From an uncultured Holophagales bacterium (GTDB lineage Bacteria > Acidobacteriota > Thermoanaerobaculia > Multivoradales > UBA5704): DNA of 64,000 bases. Positions within the stretch are counted from its first letter, which is position 1, and every line of letters starts with the position of its first letter. Of the stretch, positions 47,801 to 55,599 are shown piece by piece. The stretch spans positions 128,001-192,000 of the forward strand of contig CAWJGT010000034.1 in NCBI GenBank assembly GCA_963842525.1, in the 5' to 3' direction. A model generated the notes under the pieces. It did not search any database. It was not told the DNA's origin and saw nothing but the letters and a program-made list of their open reading frames with translations. The translations under genes were made by a program, and so were the position numbers.

Positions 47801-48463
47801 CGGAATCACGACCGGCAGCGGCGGGAAGCCCGGCAGATTGCCGATGCCCGGCTGCTGGAGGAGCGGCTGCACGAGATCGGTCTGCATCTGGCAGGCCATC
47901 TGCGCCGGGAAGCTCCAGCGCTGGAAGTCGTCCCAGAGCGCGAAGTCTCCGGCGCCGGCGGCGAGCCCCTCGCCGAGCACGACGAAGACGCCCCGGTCGA
48001 GCCGGCCGGCATCGACAGGCGTGCGCGGCGCGAGCGGCGCCGCGAGGGCCGCGGAGGAGGACATGGACACAGTGGAGCCCGGGGCGGCGGACTGCGGCGT
48101 CCCGGTCGCTCCCATCCCGGGCGGTCCGGCCGCGCCGCCTCCGGCCGCGCCCATCCCGGGCGCGGCGCCGAACATCATGTCGACGAGCCCCCTCTGCATG
48201 CGGTCCCCGGCCTGGAAGAGCGGGCGTAGCCCGTCGCCCAACTGCTCCCCGGTCGCCTGCGCGACCGCGTCGAGCGAGGCGACGGCCTTGTCGGGCGCGA
48301 GCGCGTTGCTCAGGCTCTTGACGCCGAACAGCGACATGGCCCAGGAGAACCCGAGCGTCGATTTCATCAGCTCGCGCAGAGCGCCGACCGGCCCCATGGC
48401 AGATCCGGGGCCCTGCCCGGGCGCGGGCTTGCCGCCCGGCCGGTCGCCTCCCTGTCCGTTCAT
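44873..48463 (-). CDS. 1196-aa multidomain protein: SFSWAM module + degenerate SGNH/GDSL domain + unknown beta-rich domains
   Basis: ATG overlaps upstream TGA; LRELMKSTLGFSWAMSLFG; VVLGEGLAAG, GNLSVPG, LNGYYPGRTGQALIANE. Confidence 0.8.
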   Translation of the reverse strand: MNGQGGDRPGGKPAPGQGPGSAMGPVGALRELMKSTLGFSWAMSLFGVKSLSNALAPDKAVASLDAVAQATGEQLGDGLRPLFQAGDRMQRGLVDMMFGAAPGMGAAGGGAAGPPGMGATGTPQSAAPGSTVSMSSSAALAAPLAPRTPVDAGRLDRGVFVVLGEGLAAGAGDFALWDDFQRWSFPAQMACQMQTDLVQPLLQQPGIGNLPGFPPLPVVIPGLMQTTVLEPWPPPAAVGNLSVPGFRIADALKLRPQPPLVHRDDARQTAANLILGMPEMLEGAAGELPTQLQRALQRRPTLALVALGYTEAIEAVVTGDTRRLPDAARCRADYLRLLKPLREAGAAVLVMNVPDPLDTACVSSIAAAAQVVKLEPAILLKVYGLHEDDLITVRGLVEIGYQFLSQGLGPLPQGSVLSGETAGRISARIREINAELANLAREQGAFVCDLHALFRRVRAEGVGTGTGSRRLTAGFLGGLYTLNGYYPGRTGQALIANEALQLLNQVYGASFPLIDLGPVAASDPVVLYQPAEGPELTAGQLPPPPPAQPAQPAQVGTSATGGAAASPVAPKSAAVRRPVDQCPQPPLAKPLELPPGLEQILPLNKERSYFGDALRAVDCQDPRYAAMGGCGGVLFGGLALMDSHLSGQVRIRFSPPVNNVTQFELSVLDGLQGDDGILAAPQFFKLPGKQQQVTDFPGMVSTGLLDLTTGQLVEPPAATPNLNFAFANTAIFALALVNPNFPRVPISFPGQYGTAVAQFTQRADGKLDFELFGTTFLPLQQVFGAQPVRFPLPFASLAGQMPQFASIPTRGLALHPHIFLSTREGPIETPEGVPEIPTNTVREFTYIARNTSFGDDFTLTGEFLGGTGTGRSQLMGRLHVQFGEREGNTVPFYVSGMPPGGFLAPAPEPPGPISQGLSAGGFPGQLATGQLGFNEFLRFPRRSFYLDDVFLVSDPFDLAVGAVDVRTGEVLGGQLHRGFIGQNVFFALLRVEPRTPSSSFLFRGPASFQKTPRGETVYRFCGEVHIPYPEGFLFPQPNLAVGFPAGPGSSLDPFFWIQAVDGDPAPPQFAKKGSATKVLASSGDSFSYSYDIPADPGSLPASFEYENHSQNGKFRLRSLSWVHFANPLTSRAGAGDYDVVAFAGYGIWSKNGKDFPLPVTVQISTARNASFVGIQIDGGATSNVNTKPPIQKDVLP

Positions 48464-49764
48464 GCGAAGCTCCTCCCGTGAAGGGCCCATTGCGGCAGCG
48501 CCTCGGTGTCGAGCCAGTCGGGGACCTGGCGCCAGGTCTCGAGCGAGCCGATCAGGGTCTGAAAGTGCTGCTGGAAGTGGGTGACGAGAAAGTCCCGTTC
48601 CAACTGTTTGAGGGAGATGCAGAAGTCCCGCGCCGCCAGGCCGCCGGTCAACAGGTTGGCCGCCGAGATGGAGAGCGTCACGGGGTCGAAGGTCAGGCCG
48701 CTGCCGGGCAGCCTGTCGAAGGCCCGTTTGACCGGCGCCAGGAGGTAGCGGGAGGTCCCCAGGGTCAGCAGGCTCGCCACCTGGTAGCCCCATTCGACGG
48801 GGTTGAGCGACACGTTGACGATCTGGGTGGGGCGGTTGACCACGAAGATCGCCTCCGCCTTGATCTTCCCCGCCGTGTCGACGGACCACTGGATGATCTC
48901 GATGGCGGCTTCGAACTCGCCGGGGCCGTAGGCGGGGCCAAAGCTGGGCGGCTTGGGGTTCTTGATGAAGGCGTAGCCGAAGCCGTAACGGCCCAGCAGG
49001 TCGGGCGTGGGCTCCTCCTCGTTGACCACGAAGTCGCGGTTCATGATGAGGTAGCTGCCCTCCTTGAGCGGCACGCTCAAGGAGGGGGTGCCGGGCCCGA
49101 ACGGCTGGATGGGCAGGTTGAAGTTGAAGATGTAGACGCGCGGCAGGATCCATTCGTATTTCGGCCCGATCTCGCGCAGGTCGACGATGGCGGAACGGTC
49201 GGTCTCCGGGAAGACGCCGATCCGGTCGCCGGCCGCCAGCTGGTAGAAGATCTGCCGGAAGCCGAAGCCCATGAGCTGGGGGTCCTCCTCCGGGCACCAG
49301 CTCAGGGGGCGCAGGAAGTCGGGGATGGGCTCGCGGTCGCTCGGCGGGATGAACGCCTCGGGCAGCCGGAAGCTGCTGACGCGCATGAAATAGCGCAGCA
49401 CGAACTCGCGGAGCTGATCGCGCATCCACTGCGCCGCGATGCCCTTGCTCGTGCCCGGCGACTTGGGCTGGTCGTAGAACATGGCCTGGTAGTTGCCCAT
49501 GATGGGCATCTGCCGGCCCCCCACCTCCGCGGTGTCGAAGAAGCCGAAGCTCTCCTCGTCATGCCGGTCGAATGTGGTCGTGAGCGGAAACCTCTGGGCG
49601 AAGCTCTTCGTGGCCCAGGCCTGGTCCCACCAGCGCTTGAGGTCGAGCCCCCGCCGCAGATAGGTCCCGGCGCTGGCCAGCGCCGCATCCTGCTCGCCGG
49701 TGGTCCCGAAGTCCGGCGAGGACCTCTCGGCGCCACCACCGCAGCAGCACGGGGAGCCGGTCAT
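48460..49764 (-). CDS. Hypothetical protein (434 aa) with N-terminal CCC
   Basis: ATGA overlaps at both ends; MTGSPCCCGGG; globular aromatic-rich body of unknown family. Confidence 0.8.
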   Translation of the reverse strand: MTGSPCCCGGGAERSSPDFGTTGEQDAALASAGTYLRRGLDLKRWWDQAWATKSFAQRFPLTTTFDRHDEESFGFFDTAEVGGRQMPIMGNYQAMFYDQPKSPGTSKGIAAQWMRDQLREFVLRYFMRVSSFRLPEAFIPPSDREPIPDFLRPLSWCPEEDPQLMGFGFRQIFYQLAAGDRIGVFPETDRSAIVDLREIGPKYEWILPRVYIFNFNLPIQPFGPGTPSLSVPLKEGSYLIMNRDFVVNEEEPTPDLLGRYGFGYAFIKNPKPPSFGPAYGPGEFEAAIEIIQWSVDTAGKIKAEAIFVVNRPTQIVNVSLNPVEWGYQVASLLTLGTSRYLLAPVKRAFDRLPGSGLTFDPVTLSISAANLLTGGLAARDFCISLKQLERDFLVTHFQQHFQTLIGSLETWRQVPDWLDTEALPQWALHGRSFA

Positions 49765-50666
49765 CGCGGCCTCCTGCGCGGCGGACCGGGGGGACGGTTG
49801 CCACGCCGCGGCCCGACGGGCGGTGCTCCTGCACCGGAGCCGCCCGGCGAGGGTGGCGCCTCCGCAACCGGCGGAGCCGCCTTGCGCGGAGGTCTCGGCC
49901 GGCGTGGGGGTACCGTGACGGCCGGAGTAGGCTCGGCAGTCGGCGCGACCACCGCGGGACCCGGGGCGGGCTCGTAGGCCGGCGGCGGTGCGATTGCCGC
50001 GACCGGCCCTCGGGCCGCAGACGGTTGTGGAGCAGGCGACAAGAGGAGCGGACGGCGGAGCCCGAGCAGAGCGTTCCGGATGCCCTCCAGGGAGTCGCTC
50101 TTGCCGCGGCCGCAGCCGCTTGAAGGCGTGCGCGGCCAACGCTTGAGCACCCCGTACGAGACCCGCAGGTACTTCTTGTCGGCATGCGTGATCTCGTTGC
50201 GGCGGTCCTGCGCCACGGCGGCCTGGTACTCGGGCGACTGCAGATACATGGCCACGATCCAGGTGGCGAAGCCCGCGGCGGTCATCGGGGTGGTCACCAG
50301 GATCACTCCCCCGGTGAGGACTTTTTCGTGGCACCGCCGGATGGAGACGAGGGCGTACTTCACGAGCTGGATCGCGTCGTCGTCGAGGTCTCGCGGCGAG
50401 AGGGTCCGGCTCTCCTGCCGCTCCACGACCACGACCGTGGTGCTGCTGGCCGCGGGCTGCTGCCAGGCAGCGGGCTGCCGGGGGGCGGGCACCGGGAAGG
50501 CGCCGGCGCTCGCCCCGGCTCCTGGCGCGGGAGGCAGCGCCGGCTGCGCCGGCGGTGACATGGCATTCCACGGAGAGCCCTGGTTGCCGGGCCGCGGACC
50601 GCCCAGCATAGTCAACATCTGACCCATCGTGGCATCGAAGAGCCGGCCGAACAGAGTCCAGATCAT
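49761..50666 (-). CDS. Hypothetical protein: amphipathic N-terminus, P/A linker, 'KKYLRV' domain, Pro-rich tail
   Basis: ATGA overlaps; LVKYALVSIRRC...FATWIVAMYLQ...DKKYLRVSYGVLKRWPR is paralogous to 51970..52581. Confidence 0.75.
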   Translation of the reverse strand: MIWTLFGRLFDATMGQMLTMLGGPRPGNQGSPWNAMSPPAQPALPPAPGAGASAGAFPVPAPRQPAAWQQPAASSTTVVVVERQESRTLSPRDLDDDAIQLVKYALVSIRRCHEKVLTGGVILVTTPMTAAGFATWIVAMYLQSPEYQAAVAQDRRNEITHADKKYLRVSYGVLKRWPRTPSSGCGRGKSDSLEGIRNALLGLRRPLLLSPAPQPSAARGPVAAIAPPPAYEPAPGPAVVAPTAEPTPAVTVPPRRPRPPRKAAPPVAEAPPSPGGSGAGAPPVGPRRGNRPPGPPRRRPR

Positions 50667-51814
50667 GGCCTGGACACCCCCTTTCCCGGCGGGCAGCGAA
50701 ATAGCGGAGCCATCCCGCCGCTCTGCCGGAGTCGCGGATAGGTGTGCTGGAGCGCCTCCTCGCAAGGTGCCACGACGCGATCGCGCCAGAGCGCGGCCAG
50801 AGCACGGCCGTCCGGGCGATGCGCGAGGAAGGCGTCGAGATGGAAATCGAGCCCTACGATGTCATACCAGACGAGCACGGCCGAGGCGACGCCGTTCGAG
50901 AAAGCCTCGGCCGAGCCGATTTCTCCGTCATGGCGCCGCAGCACGCCGGCGAGGATCGCCGGGTGCCGGAGGTTGACCAGGGTGAGCGCCCAGGCCAGGC
51001 CCGCGGTGGCGTTGCGCCGGCCTGGCTCGTCGGGAGGCTCCCGCCAGGCCTTCTCGAACGCCCGCCCCAGGGCGCCGCTGTGAGGCACTGCATGGGTGGG
51101 TGCGAAATAGAGACCGCGGCCGGCGCCGTGCCAGAGATGCTCGGCGAGAACCGGATCGATCGACCCCAGCAGCTCGCCGAGCCCGGAGAGGAGATAGGGA
51201 TGGAGATTCCTGGCCACCAGCCCCAGCGCCTCGACCGCGATGCAGCCGTACCCGGGTCCGGCGTTCTCCTCCCACGACGCATGCCAGCGGGCGAGGCCCT
51301 CCGGGTTGCGTGCGCCGTCCGCCGCGAGCAGGCGGTCGGCGAAGCACAGGCCGGCTCCGGTGTGGAGCGGCAGGACGGCGCCCAGGGGCAGACCTTCCAG
51401 CCTGAGGTCCGCCAGGAGACGGCCTGGAGCCGCTGCCGCAGCCCAGGCGCTCCGGGCACGAGCGTAGCCGAGCCCTTCCACCGTCCACACCGCACGGTAG
51501 GGACCGAGCGCCGCGGCCCGCAGGACCTGCTCGGCCAACGGCCTCTCGCCGGCCGCCAGGTCCAGCCGTGCGTCCTGAAAGTGCTCGAACGCTTCGAGCT
51601 TGTTGGCGAGCTCGAGCCACTCGAGCCCCACCTCTCCCGGCAGCGCCGTCTGTGCCACCTTCGCCGACTCCTGCAGCAGCCGCAGGGCCGCTCCCAGAGT
51701 CTGCCGAGACGCGGCCTCCCCCAGCACCCCACCAAGCTGGCGGGCGCTGTGCACCATCAGCGAAGAGGACAGGTCCATCATCGGTTCGCCGGCCTCACCG
51801 AACGTACGGAGCAC
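50663..51814 (-). CDS. Helical hypothetical protein, paralog 3 of the 'WHGAGR' family (weakly DUF1702-like)
   Basis: WTVEGLGY, LHTGAGL, EALGLV, LWHGAGRGLYF, GLAWALTLVN, FSNGVAS. Confidence 0.75.
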   Translation of the reverse strand: MLRTFGEAGEPMMDLSSSLMVHSARQLGGVLGEAASRQTLGAALRLLQESAKVAQTALPGEVGLEWLELANKLEAFEHFQDARLDLAAGERPLAEQVLRAAALGPYRAVWTVEGLGYARARSAWAAAAAPGRLLADLRLEGLPLGAVLPLHTGAGLCFADRLLAADGARNPEGLARWHASWEENAGPGYGCIAVEALGLVARNLHPYLLSGLGELLGSIDPVLAEHLWHGAGRGLYFAPTHAVPHSGALGRAFEKAWREPPDEPGRRNATAGLAWALTLVNLRHPAILAGVLRRHDGEIGSAEAFSNGVASAVLVWYDIVGLDFHLDAFLAHRPDGRALAALWRDRVVAPCEEALQHTYPRLRQSGGMAPLFRCPPGKGVSRP

Positions 51815-51969
51815 TCTCCACGCGATCGTTCATCCCTCCTTGCCACGGCGCGAGCCCACAGCACGGGACGAGACGCGTGTCCCCAGGGGCGCCCGGTGCG
51901 CGGCAGATGCGCGCCGCGCGCCCCTGTCGGACGACAGGAGGCTCCGGTCCAGCCGCAGCCGAAGCGGCG

Positions 51970-52581
51970 TCAGCTGACCGCAGTCTCTTCGCGCCGCGAC
52001 CCGGAGAGCTCCCGAATCGCCCTTTCGATCCCGCGCAGGACGTCGACCTGCCGGTCGTCGCAGCAGTCCTTGTCCGGGCGCGGCCACGACTCCAGGACGT
52101 GGTGGTAGACCCGGAGATACTTCTTCTCCTCATGGGGAATCGGCTCGCCGTTCGGGTCCTGCAAGTAGAGCGCGACGACCCAGGTGGCGAAGGACTCGGG
52201 GCTCATGTCGTCCGAGTAGATGATCTCGCCCTTGGTGATGATCCTCTCGGCGCAACGCTTGATCGAGACGATCGTGTACTCCACCAGCTTGACTTCGTGG
52301 TGATCGTTGTCGCAGCAGCAATCCGACATTTTGCGTTCCTCCTTGGCTTGCTTGGTGGCGCCGACCCCCTGCGCCCGTTGGTGGTCCGTATACGTTCCAG
52401 CCCCCGGGAATCCCGTACCCGGAGCATTCGGAGCATTCGGAGCATTGCCAGCCCAGATCGCGCTCTGAGCACTGTGCCCGCCCGGTTGCTGCAGACCCCG
52501 CATCGCCGTGGCGAGCAGGTTGATGCAGCCGGTGAGCATCGAGACCGGCAACCACATCATCTGGCCGAACAACTGCATCAT
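51970..52581 (-). CDS. Hypothetical protein with 'KKYLRV' domain and Cys clusters; possible internal start at 52329
   Basis: GAGGAGG RBS at 52581 and AAGGAGG RBS before MSDCCCD; NAP x3 linker. Confidence 0.75.
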   Translation of the reverse strand: MMQLFGQMMWLPVSMLTGCINLLATAMRGLQQPGGHSAQSAIWAGNAPNAPNAPGTGFPGAGTYTDHQRAQGVGATKQAKEERKMSDCCCDNDHHEVKLVEYTIVSIKRCAERIITKGEIIYSDDMSPESFATWVVALYLQDPNGEPIPHEEKKYLRVYHHVLESWPRPDKDCCDDRQVDVLRGIERAIRELSGSRREETAVS

Positions 52582-52593
52582 TCGTGCACCTCC

Positions 52594-54219
52594 TCAGCCG
52601 GCGCGGCGCGCAACCCAGAGCAAAAAGCCCCCGAACACCAGGAAGAGGGCTGCGGCGATTTCGTCTCCCCGGCCGGCGAGCGCTCCCGACTCGGCGAGCC
52701 GGCGCAGCACGAGGGCCGCAGCCCCCAGCACCATCAGCAGGGAGGCGACGACCAGAGACGAGCTCCCCTGCGGGCGCGGCCGGCGGCCAGGCTCCGCGAC
52801 GACGGACCGGTCACTCCCTTCGGCGGCCAGGGTGAGCAGCTCGTCGAGCTTCTGCGGCAGCACCGACAGCAGGGCGGCGTAGCGGTCGAGCTGGCCGCCC
52901 CAGTGGTCGGGACGGATCGCGTCCCGCACCTGCGAGAAGCTCGTCAGCACCCGGACCTCCTGGAGGCCTTCGAGGAGCGCATCCATTTCGGGAGCCAGGC
53001 CCCGGGCGGCGGCGGCGGTCGCGAAAAGGCCGCGGTAGAAGACCAGCAGCTGGTAGCGCGGCCGGTAGCCGCAGGAGCGCGCGACGCGCGCATAGACGAA
53101 GAGGTGCTCGGCCAGGCTTTCGCCGCCGGCGCTCCAGGCGCCGTCGCGAAAGGGGACGATCTGCCGTAGCTGCAACCGGAGCTCCTCCTCGGAGGCGGCG
53201 GTCCCCTCCGCGAGCATTTCGGGCAGCAGGCGCGTGCAGGCCTCGTCCGGGTCGCGCGCCGCCACGGCGATCACGAACCCCAGCAGATCGGCCTGCGCCG
53301 CCGCCGGCGGCCGCACGAAAGCGGCGCCCTGCCAGCCGATCCGCCCGTCCGGCAGCACCCGGACGTCCTCGGGGCCCAGCTCGACGGGAAAGGCGCGGCC
53401 CAGGAGGGCCTGTCGCAGCCAGACGGAGCAGAGATGGCGCACGATCTCCCGCCGGTCCGGCCCCCCCAGGCTCCGCGCTCCCACCCGGCCGATCTCGCCG
53501 AGGGACACGCCGCCCAGGTCCGCGGTGGTGAGCAGCCGCGAGGTCGTCAGATCGGGGAACACTGACGGCACGGCCAGGCGCCCGAAGCCTGCCGCATCGC
53601 CAGCCAGCAGCTCCAGGGACCGGGCCACGGACCGGAAGCTCGTCTGCTCCTGGAGGTCCTGCCGGAAGCCGGCGACCGCCTCTTCGGCGGCCAGGGCGCT
53701 CCAGCCGTTGGCGGCCAGGGCCTCGGCGACGCGGGAGAGCATCTCGAGATCGAGCGCGAACGCCTCGTCCTCCTCGGTCCGGACCAGACGCAGGATCACG
53801 GGCTCGCCGCTCGCCAGCCGTCCGCGGTGGACCTGCACCAGCAGGCGGGACTCGTAGGGAGTTTCCTCCAGTGCGGCGAAGGCCTCGGCAGCGGGAGCGC
53901 CGAGCTCGGCCGCGATCCGTTCGCGCACCGCGCCGATCGGCAGCGGCGCCGCCCGGCTGCGGATCGCCGCCAGCGCCAGCCCCTCGCTCGCGGTCACGAG
54001 GTCGATCCGCGAGGCCAGGTAGGCCCCGAAGGCCGTGAAGACCGGCCCCAGCTCCTCGAGGGCCCCCTGCAGACGGTGGACGAGGGACGCGTCGGCGGGC
54101 CCGGCCCCGGGGCGCAACGGGCGGGGGCGGCGCAGCAGCTCCCAGCGGGCGAGGCAGCTCTCGACCTCGCGCCTGCGTTGCTGCGCCGCCGGCCGGCCGG
54201 CTCGCCGCGGCTGCATCAC
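52594..54219 (-). CDS. ABC1/UbiB-family pseudokinase
   Basis: ALEELGPVFTAFGAYLASRIDLV (ABC1 N-terminus); VILRLVR, PVELGPED and WQGA replace AVKVQR, HADLHPAN and DFG; two C-terminal TMs. Confidence 0.75.
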   Translation of the reverse strand: MMQPRRAGRPAAQQRRREVESCLARWELLRRPRPLRPGAGPADASLVHRLQGALEELGPVFTAFGAYLASRIDLVTASEGLALAAIRSRAAPLPIGAVRERIAAELGAPAAEAFAALEETPYESRLLVQVHRGRLASGEPVILRLVRTEEDEAFALDLEMLSRVAEALAANGWSALAAEEAVAGFRQDLQEQTSFRSVARSLELLAGDAAGFGRLAVPSVFPDLTTSRLLTTADLGGVSLGEIGRVGARSLGGPDRREIVRHLCSVWLRQALLGRAFPVELGPEDVRVLPDGRIGWQGAAFVRPPAAAQADLLGFVIAVAARDPDEACTRLLPEMLAEGTAASEEELRLQLRQIVPFRDGAWSAGGESLAEHLFVYARVARSCGYRPRYQLLVFYRGLFATAAAARGLAPEMDALLEGLQEVRVLTSFSQVRDAIRPDHWGGQLDRYAALLSVLPQKLDELLTLAAEGSDRSVVAEPGRRPRPQGSSSLVVASLLMVLGAAALVLRRLAESGALAGRGDEIAAALFLVFGGFLLWVARRAG

Positions 54220-55583
54220 GCCGCGCCCCTCCCGCCCCAGCCCTCGCGCTGGAGCTGCGCCACGAACGCCGGCAGGTCGCGGTACTCGAAGACCTCGCCC
54301 AGCCGGGCGCTCGCCTTGATCACCGGATAGTACACGTCGAGCGCGGCCGTGAACGGCCCGCGCACCAGGTGGTCCCAGAGCTCCACCAGCCGGCGGTTCG
54401 ACGGCTCCGGCTCGTACCGGCGGAAGGCTTCGAGGAGGGGGGCGTCCGGCGTCGTGTCGAAGCGCATGACCGTCGAGGAGGCCACGCCGTTGGCGAAGGC
54501 GCCGTCGCGCGCCAGCTCGTCGCCATAGGGCTCGATCAGCAGCTTGGCGAGGACGTTCGGATCGCGCTGGGAGACCAGCGTGTAGCCCCAGGCCGCGCCG
54601 GCCACCGCGCTCAGGCGGGCCTGTTCGTCCGGGGCTTCCTGCCCCGCCTGTTCGAAGAGCAACCCGTCCGAGCCCGGCAGGAAGTTGATCGCGCCGAAAT
54701 AGATCGCCCGGCCCGCGCCGTGCCAGAAGTAGCCGCGGAACTCGGGAGCGACCTCCTGCACCGCCCGGTCGATGGACTGCGTCAGCTCGGGGTGGAAGGT
54801 GCGGGTCACCAGGCCGAGCGACTCGACGGCGCAGCCGAGGTATCCCGGACGCGAGTTGTCCACGTCGAGCTCGAAGATCTGGCGCACCGTGTCGCGGAGC
54901 TGCTCGAACGAGGTCTGGTTGCTAGCGTTGCTCAGGAGGTGCTGCGCGATGGACAGACCGATGCCCGCATGGAGCATGGTCAGGCTCTTGTCCGGCAGGG
55001 CGCTCGTCCGCTCGTCGTTCAGGATGCGGTGCGGCGTCATGCCGTGATTCCAGAAGCTGTCGCCGTAGTCGTGCCCCAGGCCCTCCACCGCCCAGAGAGC
55101 GCGGAACGGGCCGAGGGCGTAGGACCGGTCGAGCAGCTCGTAGAGGGGGAATGGCAGAGTCGTGGGCACCCCGATCAGCTTGGCCACGTCGAGGACGAGG
55201 CAGAAGACCTCGCCCTTGAAGCGGATCTCCTCCAGGGCGAGCCCCCCGTTGCCCTCCGCGACCAGGCGGGCCGCCACGGCCGACCGCTGCGCCGCCGCCA
55301 TGGAGGCGTTCAGCCAGAGCGTCGGGTCCAACATCTGCGGACTGAGAAGGCTGGGCCCCATCGTCACCAGGGCGTTCTGCAGGCATTGGCCGACCTGGTA
55401 GATCTGCTTCAGCCAGCTCTCCTCGCCGAGCTGGCCCGACATCGCGCCGGTGACCGCACCGAGGCCTCCGGTGGCTTTCTGGCGCTCCCCGGCCGACGAC
55501 GACAGCAGGCGGAGGAGCTGCTGTGTGCCGTACAGCGGTGCCCCCCAGGAGAGGCTGACCGCCGATTTGGTCAGGTCGCGCAT
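54216..55583 (-). CDS. 'WHGAGR' family paralog 2 with N-terminal SFSWAM-like module
   Basis: MRDLTKSAVSLSWGAPLYG; WAVEGLGH, LHAGIGL, ESLGLV, FWHGAGRAIYF, FANGVAS. Confidence 0.8.
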   Translation of the reverse strand: MRDLTKSAVSLSWGAPLYGTQQLLRLLSSSAGERQKATGGLGAVTGAMSGQLGEESWLKQIYQVGQCLQNALVTMGPSLLSPQMLDPTLWLNASMAAAQRSAVAARLVAEGNGGLALEEIRFKGEVFCLVLDVAKLIGVPTTLPFPLYELLDRSYALGPFRALWAVEGLGHDYGDSFWNHGMTPHRILNDERTSALPDKSLTMLHAGIGLSIAQHLLSNASNQTSFEQLRDTVRQIFELDVDNSRPGYLGCAVESLGLVTRTFHPELTQSIDRAVQEVAPEFRGYFWHGAGRAIYFGAINFLPGSDGLLFEQAGQEAPDEQARLSAVAGAAWGYTLVSQRDPNVLAKLLIEPYGDELARDGAFANGVASSTVMRFDTTPDAPLLEAFRRYEPEPSNRRLVELWDHLVRGPFTAALDVYYPVIKASARLGEVFEYRDLPAFVAQLQREGWGGRGAA

Positions 55584-55599
55584 GGCCGTTTCCTGCCGC

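Noticed and set aside
44873-50805. Extended 1518-aa and 781-aa ORF starts
   Set aside because: The extensions overlap neighbouring genes out of frame; ATGA-coupled starts at 48463 and 49764 fit better
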